Shown here in pieces: positions 1 through 13,252 of a DNA stretch of 64,000 nt; the stretch's first letter is position 1, and every line of letters starts with the position of its first letter. Source of the DNA: Octopus sinensis (lineage: Eukaryota); the NCBI RefSeq assembly GCF_006345805.1, contig NC_043012.1, positions 7,440,001-7,504,000 of the forward strand. Direction: 5' to 3'. The notes under the pieces were generated by a model, which was not told the DNA's origin, made no database searches, and saw only the letters and a program-made list of their open reading frames with translations. The position numbers and the translations under genes were made by a program.

Positions 1-638
1 CAAATACCGAAGGAAAGGTTTGTTGATCTTTGTGGTTCCATTGCGTCGCCTGACCAGCAATGACTGGACCAAAACAGTCATCAGTTGGAAAATCAGCGTT
101 CACGAAAAAGTTTAATTCTATCTGCAGGTTCTATTGAATTTTGAAAGTGAAATATATTTTAAAATAATTTTTAGCAAACACTGAGTTTATAATCCCACAT
201 TACCACGGTAATGTAAGTGCTTACCTTAATGAGTTTTGGTCAAACAGGTGAATTGAACGAAGAGGTTCGGTAGAATACCCTACGCATTCACCTGACCATT
301 CACCACTAGGTTTTTTTTATGGGGATAATAAAATAAGATAACGTTTACGGCACAAAACCGGAAACAGTTAACGAGCCGAGGGTGGCCATTGAATCGAAAT
401 GCAACAAATACCGAAGGAAAGGTTTGTTGATCTTTGTGGTTCCATTGCGTCGCCTGACCAGCAATGACTGGACCAAAACAGTCATCAGTTGGAAAATCAG
501 TGTTCACGAAAAAGTTTAATTCTATCTGCAGGTTCTATTGAATTTTGAAAGTGAAATATATTTTAAAATAATTTTTCAGCAAACTCAGAGTTTATAATCA
601 TTTAGTATGTGTTTAGTTTTGGTGAGAGACACCCCGTA
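1..638 (+). mobile_element. Tc1/mariner-superfamily transposase 3' remnant with internal 404-bp direct duplication and right TIR
   Basis: Broken + strand reading PHYHGNVSAYLNEFWSNR*IERRGSVEYPTHSPDHSPLGFF..NVYGTKPETVNE..IPKERFVDLCGSIAS matches the WPPRSPDLxPLDFFLWG region. Bases 1-~194 repeat at 405-~599. Ends in gagacaccccg-TA. Confidence 0.8.
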
Positions 639-679
639 TATATAAAGTAGTAGTGTATAGTATATGAAGTTGTTGCCCA

Positions 680-785
680 CGGGTATATGACGTAGTGGTT
701 AAGACCGCGGGCTACTAACCCCAAGATTCCGAGTTCGATTCCAGACAGTGACCTGAACAACAACAACAATAATAATAATAATAAA
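680..785 (+). mobile_element. Short tRNA-derived SINE with (AAC/AAT)n tail
   Basis: A-box-like gacgtagtggttaag and B-box gagttcgattcc, then an aacaac/aataat tail. No intact cloverleaf. Confidence 0.55.
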
Positions 786-1159
786 GTTGTTGCTTATACG
801 TCAAAATATTTGTAGTTGTTTTTGCCTGGTCTCATGTCCGATTGAGGAAATTTATGATCATCGGTATTCCACTCATGACTTATCAATCTTCTAAAATATT
901 CCTTGTTAGACAGTAAGGAGTGGTTTCAAGGAGATTTGGTTGCTATTTCTAACAAATCGAGTGACCACATATTGGCTTTCTCTATGTTTAATCATGTGTT
1001 GGTATTCATTGGTATTGACACAGATACACATATCACACTCACACATACACACACACATACATACATAGATACATACACACATACATAGATACATACCATA
1101 CATACATACATAGAATATATATATTATATATATTATATATATTAATATATATATATATA

Positions 1160-1207
<48 letters not shown>

Positions 1208-1316
1208 ATGTATGTATGTATGTATGTATGTATGTATGTATGTATGTATGTATGTATGTATGTACGTGCACTCACAAATGCCTATATACAAACACACATA
1301 CATGTTTTGTTTCTGC

Positions 1317-1330
1317 GTTGCTATGGAAAC
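1317..1330. promoter_or_regulatory. RFX X-box-like motif in a unique CpG-containing island
   Basis: GTTGCTATGGAAAC, with a YY1-like AAGATGGCCGC at ~1472. Confidence 0.35.
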
Positions 1331-1521
1331 GGATAAGAGGCGAATTGATAAACTCCCGGCTGTACTTTTAAAGACCGAAAGAAAAAAAGCATCGCTCCTT
1401 CATCAAATAGTACGATAAACCGCAATTTCCTGCGAAAAAAGCCGCCATGACTAAGTTGCCAAAGAATTTATAAGATGGCCGCTTCAGATTTGGTAGTTTG
1501 TTTTCTTCTCTTCCGCCTCTC

Positions 1522-1605
<84 letters not shown>

Positions 1606-1998
1606 TGTTATTATTGTTATTATTATTTTGACGCTTACTGATCGGTAGCATAGATTAGGTCTTTCTAGAATGTATGAAAGAAAGAAAAAATTCTGTGATA
1701 TTGTGTTACCAATAAAGGAACTGGATATTTACAGGAAATATACTAAATGATATCGTTGTTTTAATCAGTGTTCGCTTATTCTTTTATTCTTTAAATTCGC
1801 TTATTTGGTTCAATCACTGCACAGCAACCATGCAGAAAGCATGCTTTGAATTCAACTAATATTTTTTATCAGTTCTTTTTGTTTTTTGTTTAGTGGTCTT
1901 CGTCGAGCAGTTAAGGTCTGTGGGCGTAAACAGACCAGCACAGGTTATGAAGTGGTGGTGGTAGGAAAACACAAGCAGAAACAAAAAGCACACAGACA

Positions 1999-2092
<94 letters not shown>

Positions 2093-2321
2093 CCTGTCCG
2101 TCTGTCTGGCTGCCTCTCTGAGTTTCTCTCACTCTCTCTCGTTACCTTTCAAGATTAATCAGCCGAAATTACTACGATGATCCGGTTCTTGACTGAAGAC
2201 TGAGGGCTTCGAATGTCCTGTCTGTGTTTGTTGTATCGTCTTCTAAGTGTTATGCGTCCTTGTCACAGTTTGTATCTTTTTTACATATCATAATATATAT
2301 ATATATATATAATATATATGT

Positions 2322-2492
2322 ATATGGTTCCGGGTTGAGTTCCACTGCGTGGCATCTTGGGCAAATGTCTTCTAATATAACGTCAGGCCAACCAAAGCCT
2401 TGTGAGTGGATTTGGTAGACGGAAACTGGAAAGAAGCTCGTCGCGCACACACACACACACACACACCACATATATATAATATATGTGTGTGT

Positions 2493-2528
<36 letters not shown>

Positions 2529-2649
2529 TTTGTGGCTTGTGTTCGTCCCCCACCATCACTTGCCAACCGATAGAATAAGTACTAGGCTTACAAAGAATAA
2601 GTCCTGCGGTCGAATTGTTCGACTAAAGGCGGTGCACCAGCCTGGCCGC
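2322..2649 (+). mobile_element. CORE-like tRNA SINE (family B), 5' truncated
   Basis: ggcatcttgggcaaatgtcttc core, internal microsatellite, aaggcggtgc tail shared with other copies. Confidence 0.75.
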
Positions 2650-2656
2650 TATATAT

Positions 2657-2690
<34 letters not shown>

Positions 2691-2691
2691 G

Positions 2692-2726
<35 letters not shown>

Positions 2727-3000
2727 GATTAGATAGATATGTTTCTTTCTATTAGCCACACAGGGCTGCACACAGATAGAACAAATTACAAGGTAGAGCT
2801 TTTTCTTTTGAAGGTTTAAAAAAAAAAAAAGGAAGGGGGGAGTTTCGATCAAAAGGGATCGTAAAAGGAGAGAAAGAGGACAAAAAAAGGGGGGGGTTAA
2901 AAAAAAGGGGGAGAGGAAAAAAAATTGATCAATCGGGATCGTTATCACAGAAATGTCAATATGAAGTGTAAAGAGGAGGACAGGTGAGGTTTACCCGTGG

Positions 3001-3078
<78 letters not shown>

Positions 3079-3162
3079 CTCTGTCATAAGACTTATAACC
3101 AAAATAGTACCAGTCCCCTTGCAATGCTTATCACTGGGACCTACTATGGCGACCAAGAGAGG

Positions 3163-3227
<65 letters not shown>

Positions 3228-3442
3228 TGCCTGTACAAGCTTTTATCACTTAAATCCAGTGATGTACAGATGTCTCACTATAATTTAATGTGAGACGGCT
3301 ACCAGCTGTCACGAAGAGGCAATCATCATTATCATCATCGTCACCATCACCATCAGCATCAGCATCATCATCATCATCATCAGCAGCAGCATCATCATAT
3401 ATAAGGTAGAAAATATCTTAGTGCGGAATATATATATATATA

Positions 3443-3884
3443 GACGCAGGAGAGTCTGTAAGGTAAGAAGTTTGCTTCCCAACCACATGGTTCCAGGTTC
3501 AGTCCCATTGCGTGGCACCTTGGGCGAGTGTCTTCTATTATAGCCCCAGGCCGACCAAAGCCTTGTGAGTGGATTTGATACACAGAAAGAAGCCCGTCAT
3601 ATATATGTACACACATACATACACACACACATATATATATGTATATAAATATATATATATATATATATATTTGTGTGTGTGTGTTCCACCCCCCACCCCC
3701 ATAATCGCTTGACAACCAATGTTGGTGTGTTTATGTCCCGTAACTTAGCGGTTCGGCAAAAGACCGGTAGAATAGGACCTAGACTTACAAAGAATAAGTC
3801 CTGGGTCGAATTTGTTCGACTAAAGGCGGTGCTCCAGCATGGCCACAGTCAAATGACTGAAACAAGTAAAAGAATAAAAGAATA
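3443..3884 (+). mobile_element. CORE-like tRNA SINE (family B), full length
   Basis: tRNA head (ggttcagtccc), gcaccttgggcgagtgtcttc core, internal (TA)/(CA) tract, 3' aagtaaaagaataaaag. Confidence 0.85.
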
Positions 3885-3891
3885 GAACACA

Positions 3892-3924
<33 letters not shown>

Positions 3925-3932
3925 ATGCATAC

Positions 3933-4287
3933 ATGTTCCGGGTTCAGTCCCACTGTGTAGCACCTTGGGCAAGTGTCTTCTACTATAGCCTCGGGCCGAC
4001 CAAAGCCTTGTGAGTGGATTTGGTAGACGGAAACTGAAAGAAGCCTGTCGTATATATGTATATATATATATGCGTGTGTGTGTGTCTGTGTTTATCTCCC
4101 TAGCATTGCTTGACAACCGATGCTGGTGTGTTTATGTCCCTGTTACTTAGCGGTTCGGCAAAAGAGACCGATAGAATAAGTACTGGGCTTACGAAAGAGT
4201 AAGTCCTGGGGTCGAATTGCTCGATTAAAGGCGGTGCTCCAGCACGGCAGCAATCAAATGACTGAAACAAGTAAAAGAGTAAAAGAG
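3933..4287 (+). mobile_element. CORE-like tRNA SINE (family B)
   Basis: Near-identical to 43181-43597. Confidence 0.85.
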
Positions 4288-4699
4288 TAAAGAGTATACA
4301 TCCACACATACACATTGTCATGAATAGATTAATATATATTTGTGTGTGTGTATGCACGCGCTTGTGCGAGAGTGTATGTATGTGCATTTATGTGTGCGGG
4401 TGGTTCTGTAAGTGTTTATCTGTTTGACGCACCACCGCTGGTTAAACGAGTCATGCGACCGTGTTGTTCCATTAGTCGAACTAAACCACCTTAGACACCT
4501 TTTGCGAAGTGGAATGAGATGAAGAAATCCGCCATGTTTATTTTAGATTACATCCATTTAGACAACAGACCAATAACCCGCCATTAACACTGTGAATGGT
4601 TGGTCATAAAAGACAAGACTACAACAGGTCGTCTCATATACTCAGAGGACATTGGAGGTCGGCCATGTTGTATGTGATAAGTAGATTTATGTTAGTCGT

Positions 4700-5130
4700 A
4701 TTAGGAGGGAAAGGAAAAAAAAGGTGAAAGAGGTGTGGTGGCGGTAGAGGAAGAGGAGGAAGGGGAGGGAAAGAGGTGGAGAGGAGGAAAGGAAGGAGAG
4801 GCGGAAGAGGAAGAGAAAGAGAAAGAGGAAAAAGAGGAGGAGGAAGGGGAAGAAGAGGAGGAGAAAGAGGAAGGAGAGGTGGAGAAAGAGGAAGAAGAGG
4901 TGGAGAGGAAAAAGAGAAAGAAGGAGAGGTGGAGAGGAGGCAGAGGAATGGAAAGAAAAGCAGCCAGGGGTGGAGGATAAAGAGGAGTAAGAAATGTGAA
5001 AGGCAAAAAGGAGGAAGAAGAGAGAGTAGAGGTGGAAAGGGAGGGAAGTGAGAAGAGAGGAAGGAAAAAGGAGAGGAGAAGTATGAGGAGGCGGGGAAGT
5101 GGAGGAGAAGAGAAATAAGAATTCGAAGAA
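4700..5130. repeat. GA-rich low-complexity tract
   Basis: Degenerate gag/gaa/aga repeats; explains the E/K/R-rich and F/L/S-rich ORFs. Confidence 0.9.
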
Positions 5131-5269
5131 GGAGAAATGACTCAAAATATACCAGGTAAAACGTGAAATTAACTTTTGGTGATATATAATTGTTGAGAAC
5201 ATCAGGAACTAAATCTAAATTTTAGTCATTTAGAAAACTTTGATAATAAAATACAATGGTGATCCACCC

Positions 5270-5705
5270 GAAGAATATTGATTTCAAATTTTGACACAGG
5301 GTCAGCAATTTAGGAAGAGTAAGTCGGTTACATAGACCCCCCAATGTTCAACTGGTACTTATTTTATCGCTCTCCGAAACGATGAAAGGTAAAGTTGACC
5401 TCGGCGGAATTTGAACTATGAACATTAAAGCCGGTTAAAATGCCGCTAAGCTATTTGCTGGCATGCTAACGATTCAGCCAGCTCACCGCTTAAACACCGA
5501 AAGAATATTGGTTTTCAAATTTTTGGCATAAGGCCTGAAAGTTTGGGGGACCCCAGTGCTCAACTGGTATTTATTTTATCAATCCCCAAGGATAAAAAGC
5601 AAAGGCAATCTCGGCGGAATTTGAACTCAGAACGTAAAGATGGACACAATGTCGCTAAGCATTTTGCCCAGCATGCCAAAGATTCTATTAGCTTGCTGCC
5701 TTACA
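5270..5705 (-). mobile_element. tRNA SINE family A, diverged tandem copies
   Basis: Two rounds of gaaaggtaaagttgacctcggcggaatttgaact..cgctaagc. Confidence 0.7.
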
Positions 5706-5719
5706 CCCAGAGAATATTA

Positions 5720-6228
5720 AGAACGAAATAATGCTAGTTAATTCTTGCTCGTTCAAAGAATGCTGGGAACTTCGAAATATTCATGACGAATTCTTACCGG
5801 TACAAAGAATACGGGGGAATGTCGAAATAATGCTGGCTAATTCTTATTCTCCCCAAGAATGTTGGGAACGTCTTCAAAATTGGTAATTAAATTTTAATCG
5901 CCCAAACCTTACATAATAAGCTGCATTAGTGCTAATCACTAAAACTTGAGAAATTCGAAACATTGTGGACCAATTCCTAATCACGCTCCGTTAATTAATT
6001 AAGTCGAAGTAATGTTAGCCGATGCTTAATTGCCTAAAATTACTCGAGAACGTCAAAAAAATTAACGATGATTATTGGCGCAGGCGTGGCTGCATGGTAT
6101 GAAGTTTGCTTCCAGACCACATGGCTGCGAGTTCTGTCCCCCTTTGTGACGCCTGGAGCAGGTGTCTTCTACTGTAGCCTCTACGATCAAAGCCTTGTAG
6201 TGGATTTGGGTAGACGGAAACTTATACA

Positions 6229-6274
<46 letters not shown>

Positions 6275-6900
6275 TTTGTCCCTGTGTTTGTCCCACCCAA
6301 CACGTGAGAACCAGTCCCCGTAGCCTAGGGGTTCGACAAAAGAGACCGATAGAATATATTCTAGGCTTCAAATAAACAAGTGCCGGGGTCGATTCTTTCG
6401 ACTAAATTCTTCAAGGCGGTGCTCCAGTATGGCCACAGCCTAATGACTAACAAATAAAAAAAAGAATTATTCTTAATCCCCAGAAATTCGAAGGAATGGT
6501 GACTAATTCTCACCCCACTCCCAAAGAAAATCGAGAAAATGGAAATAACTGTAGCAAATTCTTGCTTACCGAAAGAATTTTGAGAAAGTTGAACTCACAG
6601 TGGAAAAAAAAAAGCCATTTTATTCATCAGAAAATATCGCGAACGTCAAAATAATAGTAAGCACTACATACTTACTGAAAGTGTTCTGAGAAATGTTGAA
6701 ACAGTGGTGGTTAATTCTTACACGCCCAAATAATACTGAGAGAGGCGAAGCTATGGTGGAAGACAAATAATATTGGGCAAGTCTAAATAATGCTGCCAAA
6801 TTCTTGCTCACGCTATAAATTCTCAGGAAGTTGAAAAAATAGCGAAAAAAACATTTTCTTCATCTAAAATGACTGCGAAAATCGAAATAATGGCGGCGGT
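5720..6900. repeat. Degenerate ~48-bp minisatellite interrupted by a SINE
   Basis: Recurring gtcgaaataatgctggctaattcttgctc..aaagaatgttgggaac-like units on both sides of the SINE at 6077-6465. Confidence 0.65.
6077..6465 (+). mobile_element. CORE-like tRNA SINE (family B)
   Basis: Same head, core and tail as the other family B copies. Confidence 0.8.
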
Positions 6901-6904
6901 GGCG

Positions 6905-6949
<45 letters not shown>

Positions 6950-7370
6950 ATGTGGCAGCATGCGTCGCAACAGAACCTCGTCGCTTATACCATTTGTTGG
7001 TGATTCCTTACTTTTGACACTCAAGCGACAACCCTCCAACCCATGGGTCTGTTTTGAGGTAGTCGTTGCTGGTGAGGGTTTTATGAGGTCGGAGTGAAAA
7101 TCCTACCTCAATCTTTTTCAGTCGCCTTTTACGACACGCATAAGAAATGTTGGGTCAATTCTTTGATATGCTGGTCCCCACAAAGCACTAGATCAACGTG
7201 GAATGCAGTGTTTTGCTCAAGAAAACAACACGCCGTCCAGTCCGGGAATAGAACCCACGATCGGCAGATCGTGAGTGCAACATCCTAACTACAAGGTCAC
7301 GCGTGGTGGTAAATTTCAACCCAAATAATTAAGTTAAATTTGAAATAACGGCTAAGATTTCTTTACTCAC

Positions 7371-7503
7371 CCAAAACACATTGATTCACTTGAGCACCAT
7401 TTGTTGAACAAGTAGAGAATTGGTTGAGCCGGACAAAGAGTTTGGTTAACTTCAGAATTGCGAATGGCATCGTAACAGGAGAGGCGTAAAGGTTTTTTTA
7501 TTT
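7371..7503 (-). CDS. madd-4: Internal coding exon C of ADAMTSL/MADD-4-like gene (second half of a TSR)
   Basis: Acceptor ttttacttttgttacttcttAG, donor TGG|GTGAGT, 133 nt, phase 1 to 2. Encodes (E)IKKPLRLSCYDAIRNSEVNQTLCPAQPILYLFNKWCSSESMCF(G), a C-x13-C-x12-C-x5-C pattern. In phase with exon B. Confidence 0.75.
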
Positions 7504-7653
7504 CTAAGAAGTAACAAAAGTAAAAGTAATGTCAGAAAGGCACGTATACAAAACGAGACATATGTGCATACATTCACGCGTACATATTATATATGTATAT
7601 ATATAATAATGATAAATCTCAGAGTGAGTTATAAACAGTAGCAGCAACACATC

Positions 7654-7796
7654 GTGACGTATATTTGCCATTTGAATATGGCTAACTCCTAAGGGTGGGT
7701 GCCTTGTAGCCCCAGGAGGACACCTCCTGGGGCTACAAATTACAGTAGCATCCACCCTTAGGGGTTAGCCATATTCAAATGGCAAATATACGTCAC
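7654..7796. mobile_element. MITE-like nested foldback
   Basis: ~49-bp outer inverted arms (gtgacgtatatttgcc...) and a perfect 16-bp inner hairpin ttgtagccccaggagg/cctcctggggctacaa. Confidence 0.7.
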
Positions 7797-7843
<47 letters not shown>

Positions 7844-7987
7844 ACACACACATACATAGATATATATATTTATAAACACAATATATGATTTCATGATTAC
7901 TTTCATGCGATGAAAGCATCTCAGACAGCATTTTTTACACGTCTGGTACCATAGCGCAATCTTCAGGCTGTGAACGGTACACTATAC

Positions 7988-8043
<56 letters not shown>

Positions 8044-9176
8044 CACACTCATATATATACAATATAAATGTTATAAATGTAATACATATACACACACATA
8101 CATATAAACATAAGTATTAGCCAACTGGCTGAGTCATTAAAGCATCAGAGAGATTGCTCTGAAGTAATTGTTACGGCTCTCCATGCCCTGAGTTCGAATC
8201 CCGTAGAGGTTAATTTTACCTTTCATTCCTTCTGGGTCAATAAATAAAGTACCAGTTCTGTAGGTCAAGTCTCTTCTTTACCGCCCTTTCTCTTTCTGTC
8301 TGAGTTTCTTTTTTTTTTTTTGGAAGAAGCTGGTCGTGAATAGTCCTGGACAGGGATGAGCATCACAAGATTTAAATACGACGAAGACATGTTGTAAGTC
8401 ACAACGGCCTTCCAGCGACCCATCAAGAAGCTGAGGGAGTCGACAAAGCAAAGCAGTGTGTGTGTGTGTGGGGGGGGGGGTACGTAAAGACAAACACAAA
8501 GTATTAACAGTACTGGAAGTTCAAAATTTGGCAAATATATTACTGCTTTAATGGTTGTGAGTTGGAAAATAGCGCTTCAACGTTTCGGGCGGTAGTCTCC
8601 CATCAGAAACAAAGTAGACAACTTAGAGAGAATGTGTGTGTGGCAGAGAGAGAGAGGAAAAATTATTGAAGAGAGAGAGAGAGAGGAAAACATTATTGGA
8701 GAGAGAGAAATACTGAGTATATAAAAGGAAGTTAATCAGCGACAACTGGAAGAAAATCGGACAAGGGAACGAGAAAAGAAAGTTAAAGAAAAAATGCGTG
8801 AGAAAAGAAAATAGAAAATATTGAAAAGTCGCTGGAGATTCATGAAGTGGAAAAGCAGTGAAAAAAAAAATCTAATTTGATCGAAGCAATAATTCAATGA
8901 AGGCTTTCAAAGTAGGGAGTGAAGTTAGAATTCCAAGATCGAATCCAGAGGAAGGCTTCGTAAGCGTTAAAAATTTGTTGCAATGAGAAACAAAGAAACA
9001 AAACAAAAAAAGCGTCCTAAAAGTAAACAATCCGGGAATGAACAAATTTTGGGAAATGGTGTTAGTTTAACGTTTGTATGTTTGAAAATAATGTGCTAAC
9101 GTTTCGGACAGGCAGTTAGACATGCACACACGCTCATTGACGATCGTGCACGCACGCACACACACACACACACACA

Positions 9177-9222
<46 letters not shown>

Positions 9223-9728
9223 CAAGCACTTTGCACGCTCCGATTAACTCAGCATCAAATTAACATGGCACAGCTCTCGAATCAGCAGTTTATACGTAAA
9301 ATGCTTCCAGATCTCGAAAAATGCGTCACCCAACCTCGATTAGTACGATACTATTTCAACATGCCGTGTGGAAAATTGATCTAGTGTGTTCTCAGACGTC
9401 AAATTAGCCACCTATTATGTGTTGATAAATGCGGTGTCATTGTACGTGTTGTGTTTCCTGGTATGAATTATGTTGCTCTATTCCACCGATATACAATATC
9501 CTGATGTAACTAACCTCAATAACAAGAGATCAAAGAAAAAAAAGACCGACAAGAAAAGTTCTGGTTTTAAGGAGAAAATTTAAAAAGATGTTAACTCTTA
9601 ATGACAAGTTGTTGACTAGAAAAACAAATATAAAAGAGGCGACAAGAAAATGAAAGAAAAAATTTAGCGGGACTCGTGGGTGAATGAAACATCAGTAAAA
9701 AAAGAATTATTAGAAAAATAGGTAAGTG

Positions 9729-10057
9729 TAAAGGGTAAAGACCCCCTTCGGTCATGAATGACCATGGGATTGCACCTAGAAAGTTACCCTCCTAGACACA
9801 AGTCCGGGCAAGGTTGTTTATGGAAGACCAGCAGCCGCCCATGCATACCAGCCTCCCCTCTCCACACCCCCAGTGTTATCCAAGGGAAAGACAAAGGGGC
9901 CGATACAGCTTGGCACCAGTGACGTCGCAACTCATTTCTACAGCTGAGTGAACTGGAGCAACGTGAAATAAAGTGCCTTGCTCGAGAACTCAACACGCAG
10001 CCCAGTCCGGGATTCGAGCTGACAACCTCACGCTCTAACCACTGAGCCATGCGCCTT
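9729..10057 (-). mobile_element. tRNA+CORE SINE family C
   Basis: Reverse complement of 50348-50695. Confidence 0.85.
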
Positions 10058-10287
10058 AGGCACAAGAATGGCTTGGTTGTGGTAAGACGTTTGATTCCCA
10101 GCCATATGGTTTCGGGTTCAGTTCATTTACCTACCTTGAGCAAATGTATTCTACAACAGCCACAGGCCGACCAGAGCCTTATGAGTGGAATGGATTGATG
10201 GAAACTATGTATGTATGTATGTATGTATGTATGTATGTATGTATGTATTTATGTATGTATGTATGTATGTATGTTTGTTCCTTTTCG

Positions 10288-10573
10288 AGCCATGCCTGGC
10301 TCATAAGGGCCGGTTTCCCGGTTTCTCGGCGTATAGGTTCCCCATCTGGACGGGACGGCGGTCCGTCGCAGGTGAGCTGCAAGATGCAAGAGGAAAGAGT
10401 GAGAGAAAGTTGTGGCGAAAGAGTCAGCAGAAGTTTCGTCATTACCTTCTGCCGGAGCCGCGTGGAGCTTAGGTGTTTCGCTCATAAACACACACATCGC
10501 CCGGTCTAAGATTCGAACCCGCGATCCCTCGACCGCGAGTCCACTGCTCTAACCACTAGGCCATGTGCCTCCA
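10288..10573 (-). mobile_element. tRNA SINE family D
   Basis: Reverse complement of 40547-40848; head gtggaggcacatggcctagtggttagagc..gggttcgaatc. Confidence 0.85.
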
Positions 10574-11019
10574 CTATGTATGTATGTATGTATGTATGTA
10601 TGTATGTAGATATAAGTGTGTACGAGTGCATGTATCATTGTGTTTGAGTATGTCCCCACCAGTTGACAACCAGTTTTGGTTTGTTTACGTCCACGTAACT
10701 TAACAGTTCGGCAAAAGAAATTCATAGAACAAGTACGAAATTTTTTTTTTATTCTTTAAAGCGGTACTCCAGCATGGCCGCGGTTTCAATGATCGAAACA
10801 AGTAAAAGATAAAATATTTAATGGCGAAGCTGCACCAATTTCAGGTTCGCAAACAAGGAACAGAAGTAGTTTCATTATTGAAATGGATTGATTTTTTTGT
10901 CTGTGGATGGAAGATTACATCCAACATTGAATTCCTCTCGGCATCATGGCTATTACAAAGTGCTTTCCAGAAGTTTTCAGATTTATTCAGAAGAGACGTC
11001 TATTAATTTCAAAGAACTA

Positions 11020-11225
11020 CGAAACTAGTCTCCTTTAAAATAGCGCTCCAAACAATTCGTAAACGCACCATGGAAGTCCTCCATAGTGAAGCTGTCCAGG
11101 ACTCGACACGGCTTCTACAGCTCAGTGTCTTCAAGACGGCTGTCCCCGAGGTTCTCCTTCAGTTTGGAGAACAATCAAAGGTCAAATGGAGCAAGACCTA
11201 GACCGTAGGGAGAGTGAGGGACAGT
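11020..11225 (-). mobile_element. mariner transposase C-terminal remnant
   Basis: Minus reading DLAPFDL*LFSKLKENLGDSRLEDTE..RVLDSFTMEDFHGAFTNCLERY follows the YSPDLAPxDF motif. Confidence 0.75.
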
Positions 11226-11483
11226 CTTACTCTTTTACTTGTTTCAGTCATTTGACTGTGGCCATGCTGGAGCACCGCCTTTAGTCGAGCAAATCGACCC
11301 CAGGACTTATTCTTTGTAACCCTAATACTTATTCTATCGGTCTCTTCTGCCGAACCGCTAAGTTACGGGGACGTAAACAGACCAGCATCGACTGTCAAGC
11401 GATGTTGGGAGAGGGGACAAACAGAGACACACAAACATACACACACCACACACACACACACCACACACACACACACACACACA

Positions 11484-11525
<42 letters not shown>

Positions 11526-11692
11526 CGACGGGCTACTTCTTTCAGTTTCTGTCTACTAGATCCACTGACTAGGCTTTGGTCGGCCCGAGGCTATAGTAGA
11601 AGGCACTTGCCCAAGGTACCACACAGTGGGACTGAACCCGGAAACTATGTGGTTCGTAAGCAAGCTACTTACCATACAGCCACTCCTACGTC
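11226..11692 (-). mobile_element. CORE-like tRNA SINE (family B) inserted into the mariner remnant
   Basis: Reverse complement of family B. Confidence 0.85.
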
Positions 11693-12021
11693 TTGATGAC
11701 AGAGGAACGGAAATACAGAATGTCTGTATAATTGGCGAAACTTTGAGAGAAGACACACAGACATTAGTAATATCTCGATAGGAAAATATTCAGCGCAGAT
11801 AAAACAGGCCGGTTCTCCGAATATACCTTAAAAGAAAATATTAACTATGCATATTTGTTCACTCGCCTGTATATTCTTGGATACAAGATAAAGCCGCCGA
11901 TGATATATACACGAATAAGTGGACAAACGAAAGGGGCTCCGCAAAACATCTTGTAGGAGAAAGTATATTTTTTTAATAACAATTTTTTACTCTCAACTGG
12001 GTCAAACTGTCATATATATAT

Positions 12022-12058
<37 letters not shown>

Positions 12059-12362
12059 CTATATATATATATATATAGAGTAGATAGATAGATAGATATA
12101 TCGATATGATAGATAGATATTTTATGTATGTATGTATGTATGTATGTATGTATGTATGTATGTATATGTACGCATATATATATATATATATTGATGCACA
12201 AGCGCACACATACACGCACGCATACAAGCGTGTTTTTACATATTGCGTGTGTGTATAAACATGTATTTGAATTTAAGCATACGACCCGCTTCAGTTATTC
12301 CCCTTCGCACAGTTTCTGCTTATGTACGTATGTATATATGTGTTTGTATGTGTGTGTGTGTG

Positions 12363-12408
<46 letters not shown>

Positions 12409-12615
12409 AGTATATATATATATTTATATATATTTTATACAAATATATAAACTATATACGGACATTCACATAAAGATATACATATCTATATCTGTATCTC
12501 TCTCTCGCTTCCTCTCTCTCTCTCTACACACATACACTCATACGTACATACATATATATATATGTGTGCGTGAGCGCGCGTGTGTATGACATACATACAT
12601 GGATACATACATACA

Positions 12616-12653
<38 letters not shown>

Positions 12654-12661
12654 TATGTTTG

Positions 12662-12705
<44 letters not shown>

Positions 12706-12734
12706 TGTATATGTATATATATATATATATATAT

Positions 12735-12774
<40 letters not shown>

Positions 12775-13196
12775 TATATATAATGCACACGTTACGTACA
12801 AATATATGTTATTTAAAGCAACATTCCTAGCGTAATAAGAGCATTTCCTCTGGAAATCTTAAGAAAACATGAAAAGAATGGGACAGATTTTTAAAAGAAA
12901 CATGAGAGAGAAAGGCAGAATCGAGAGGGACAGATGGATAGCAGGAGAGAGATTGAGTAAGGAAGATGGGAGAGAAAAAGAAGGGTGAGAGGGAGATAGA
13001 GAGGTGAGAGGGGAAAGGAGAGTGAAATAGAAAAGTAAAGCGGCGATGGAGAGCGGGAGTCTGAGTTTTAGAAAGATGAAGGGAAGTGAAGTGGAGTAGA
13101 AAGAGGTGGGGGGGATAGAATGAAGCTGGGTAGATTGAGGGTAGGTAATAAAATTTTGTCGCAGCACTGAGACTTCATGGCTTGTGAAGAGAGGGA

Positions 13197-13252
<56 letters not shown>

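Noticed and set aside
680-755. Possible tRNA gene
   Set aside because: No acceptor stem pairing and it runs into a microsatellite tail; a SINE head is more likely.
2190-2225. CTGAAGA..GAAT motif
   Set aside because: No stem II pairing and GAAA broken.
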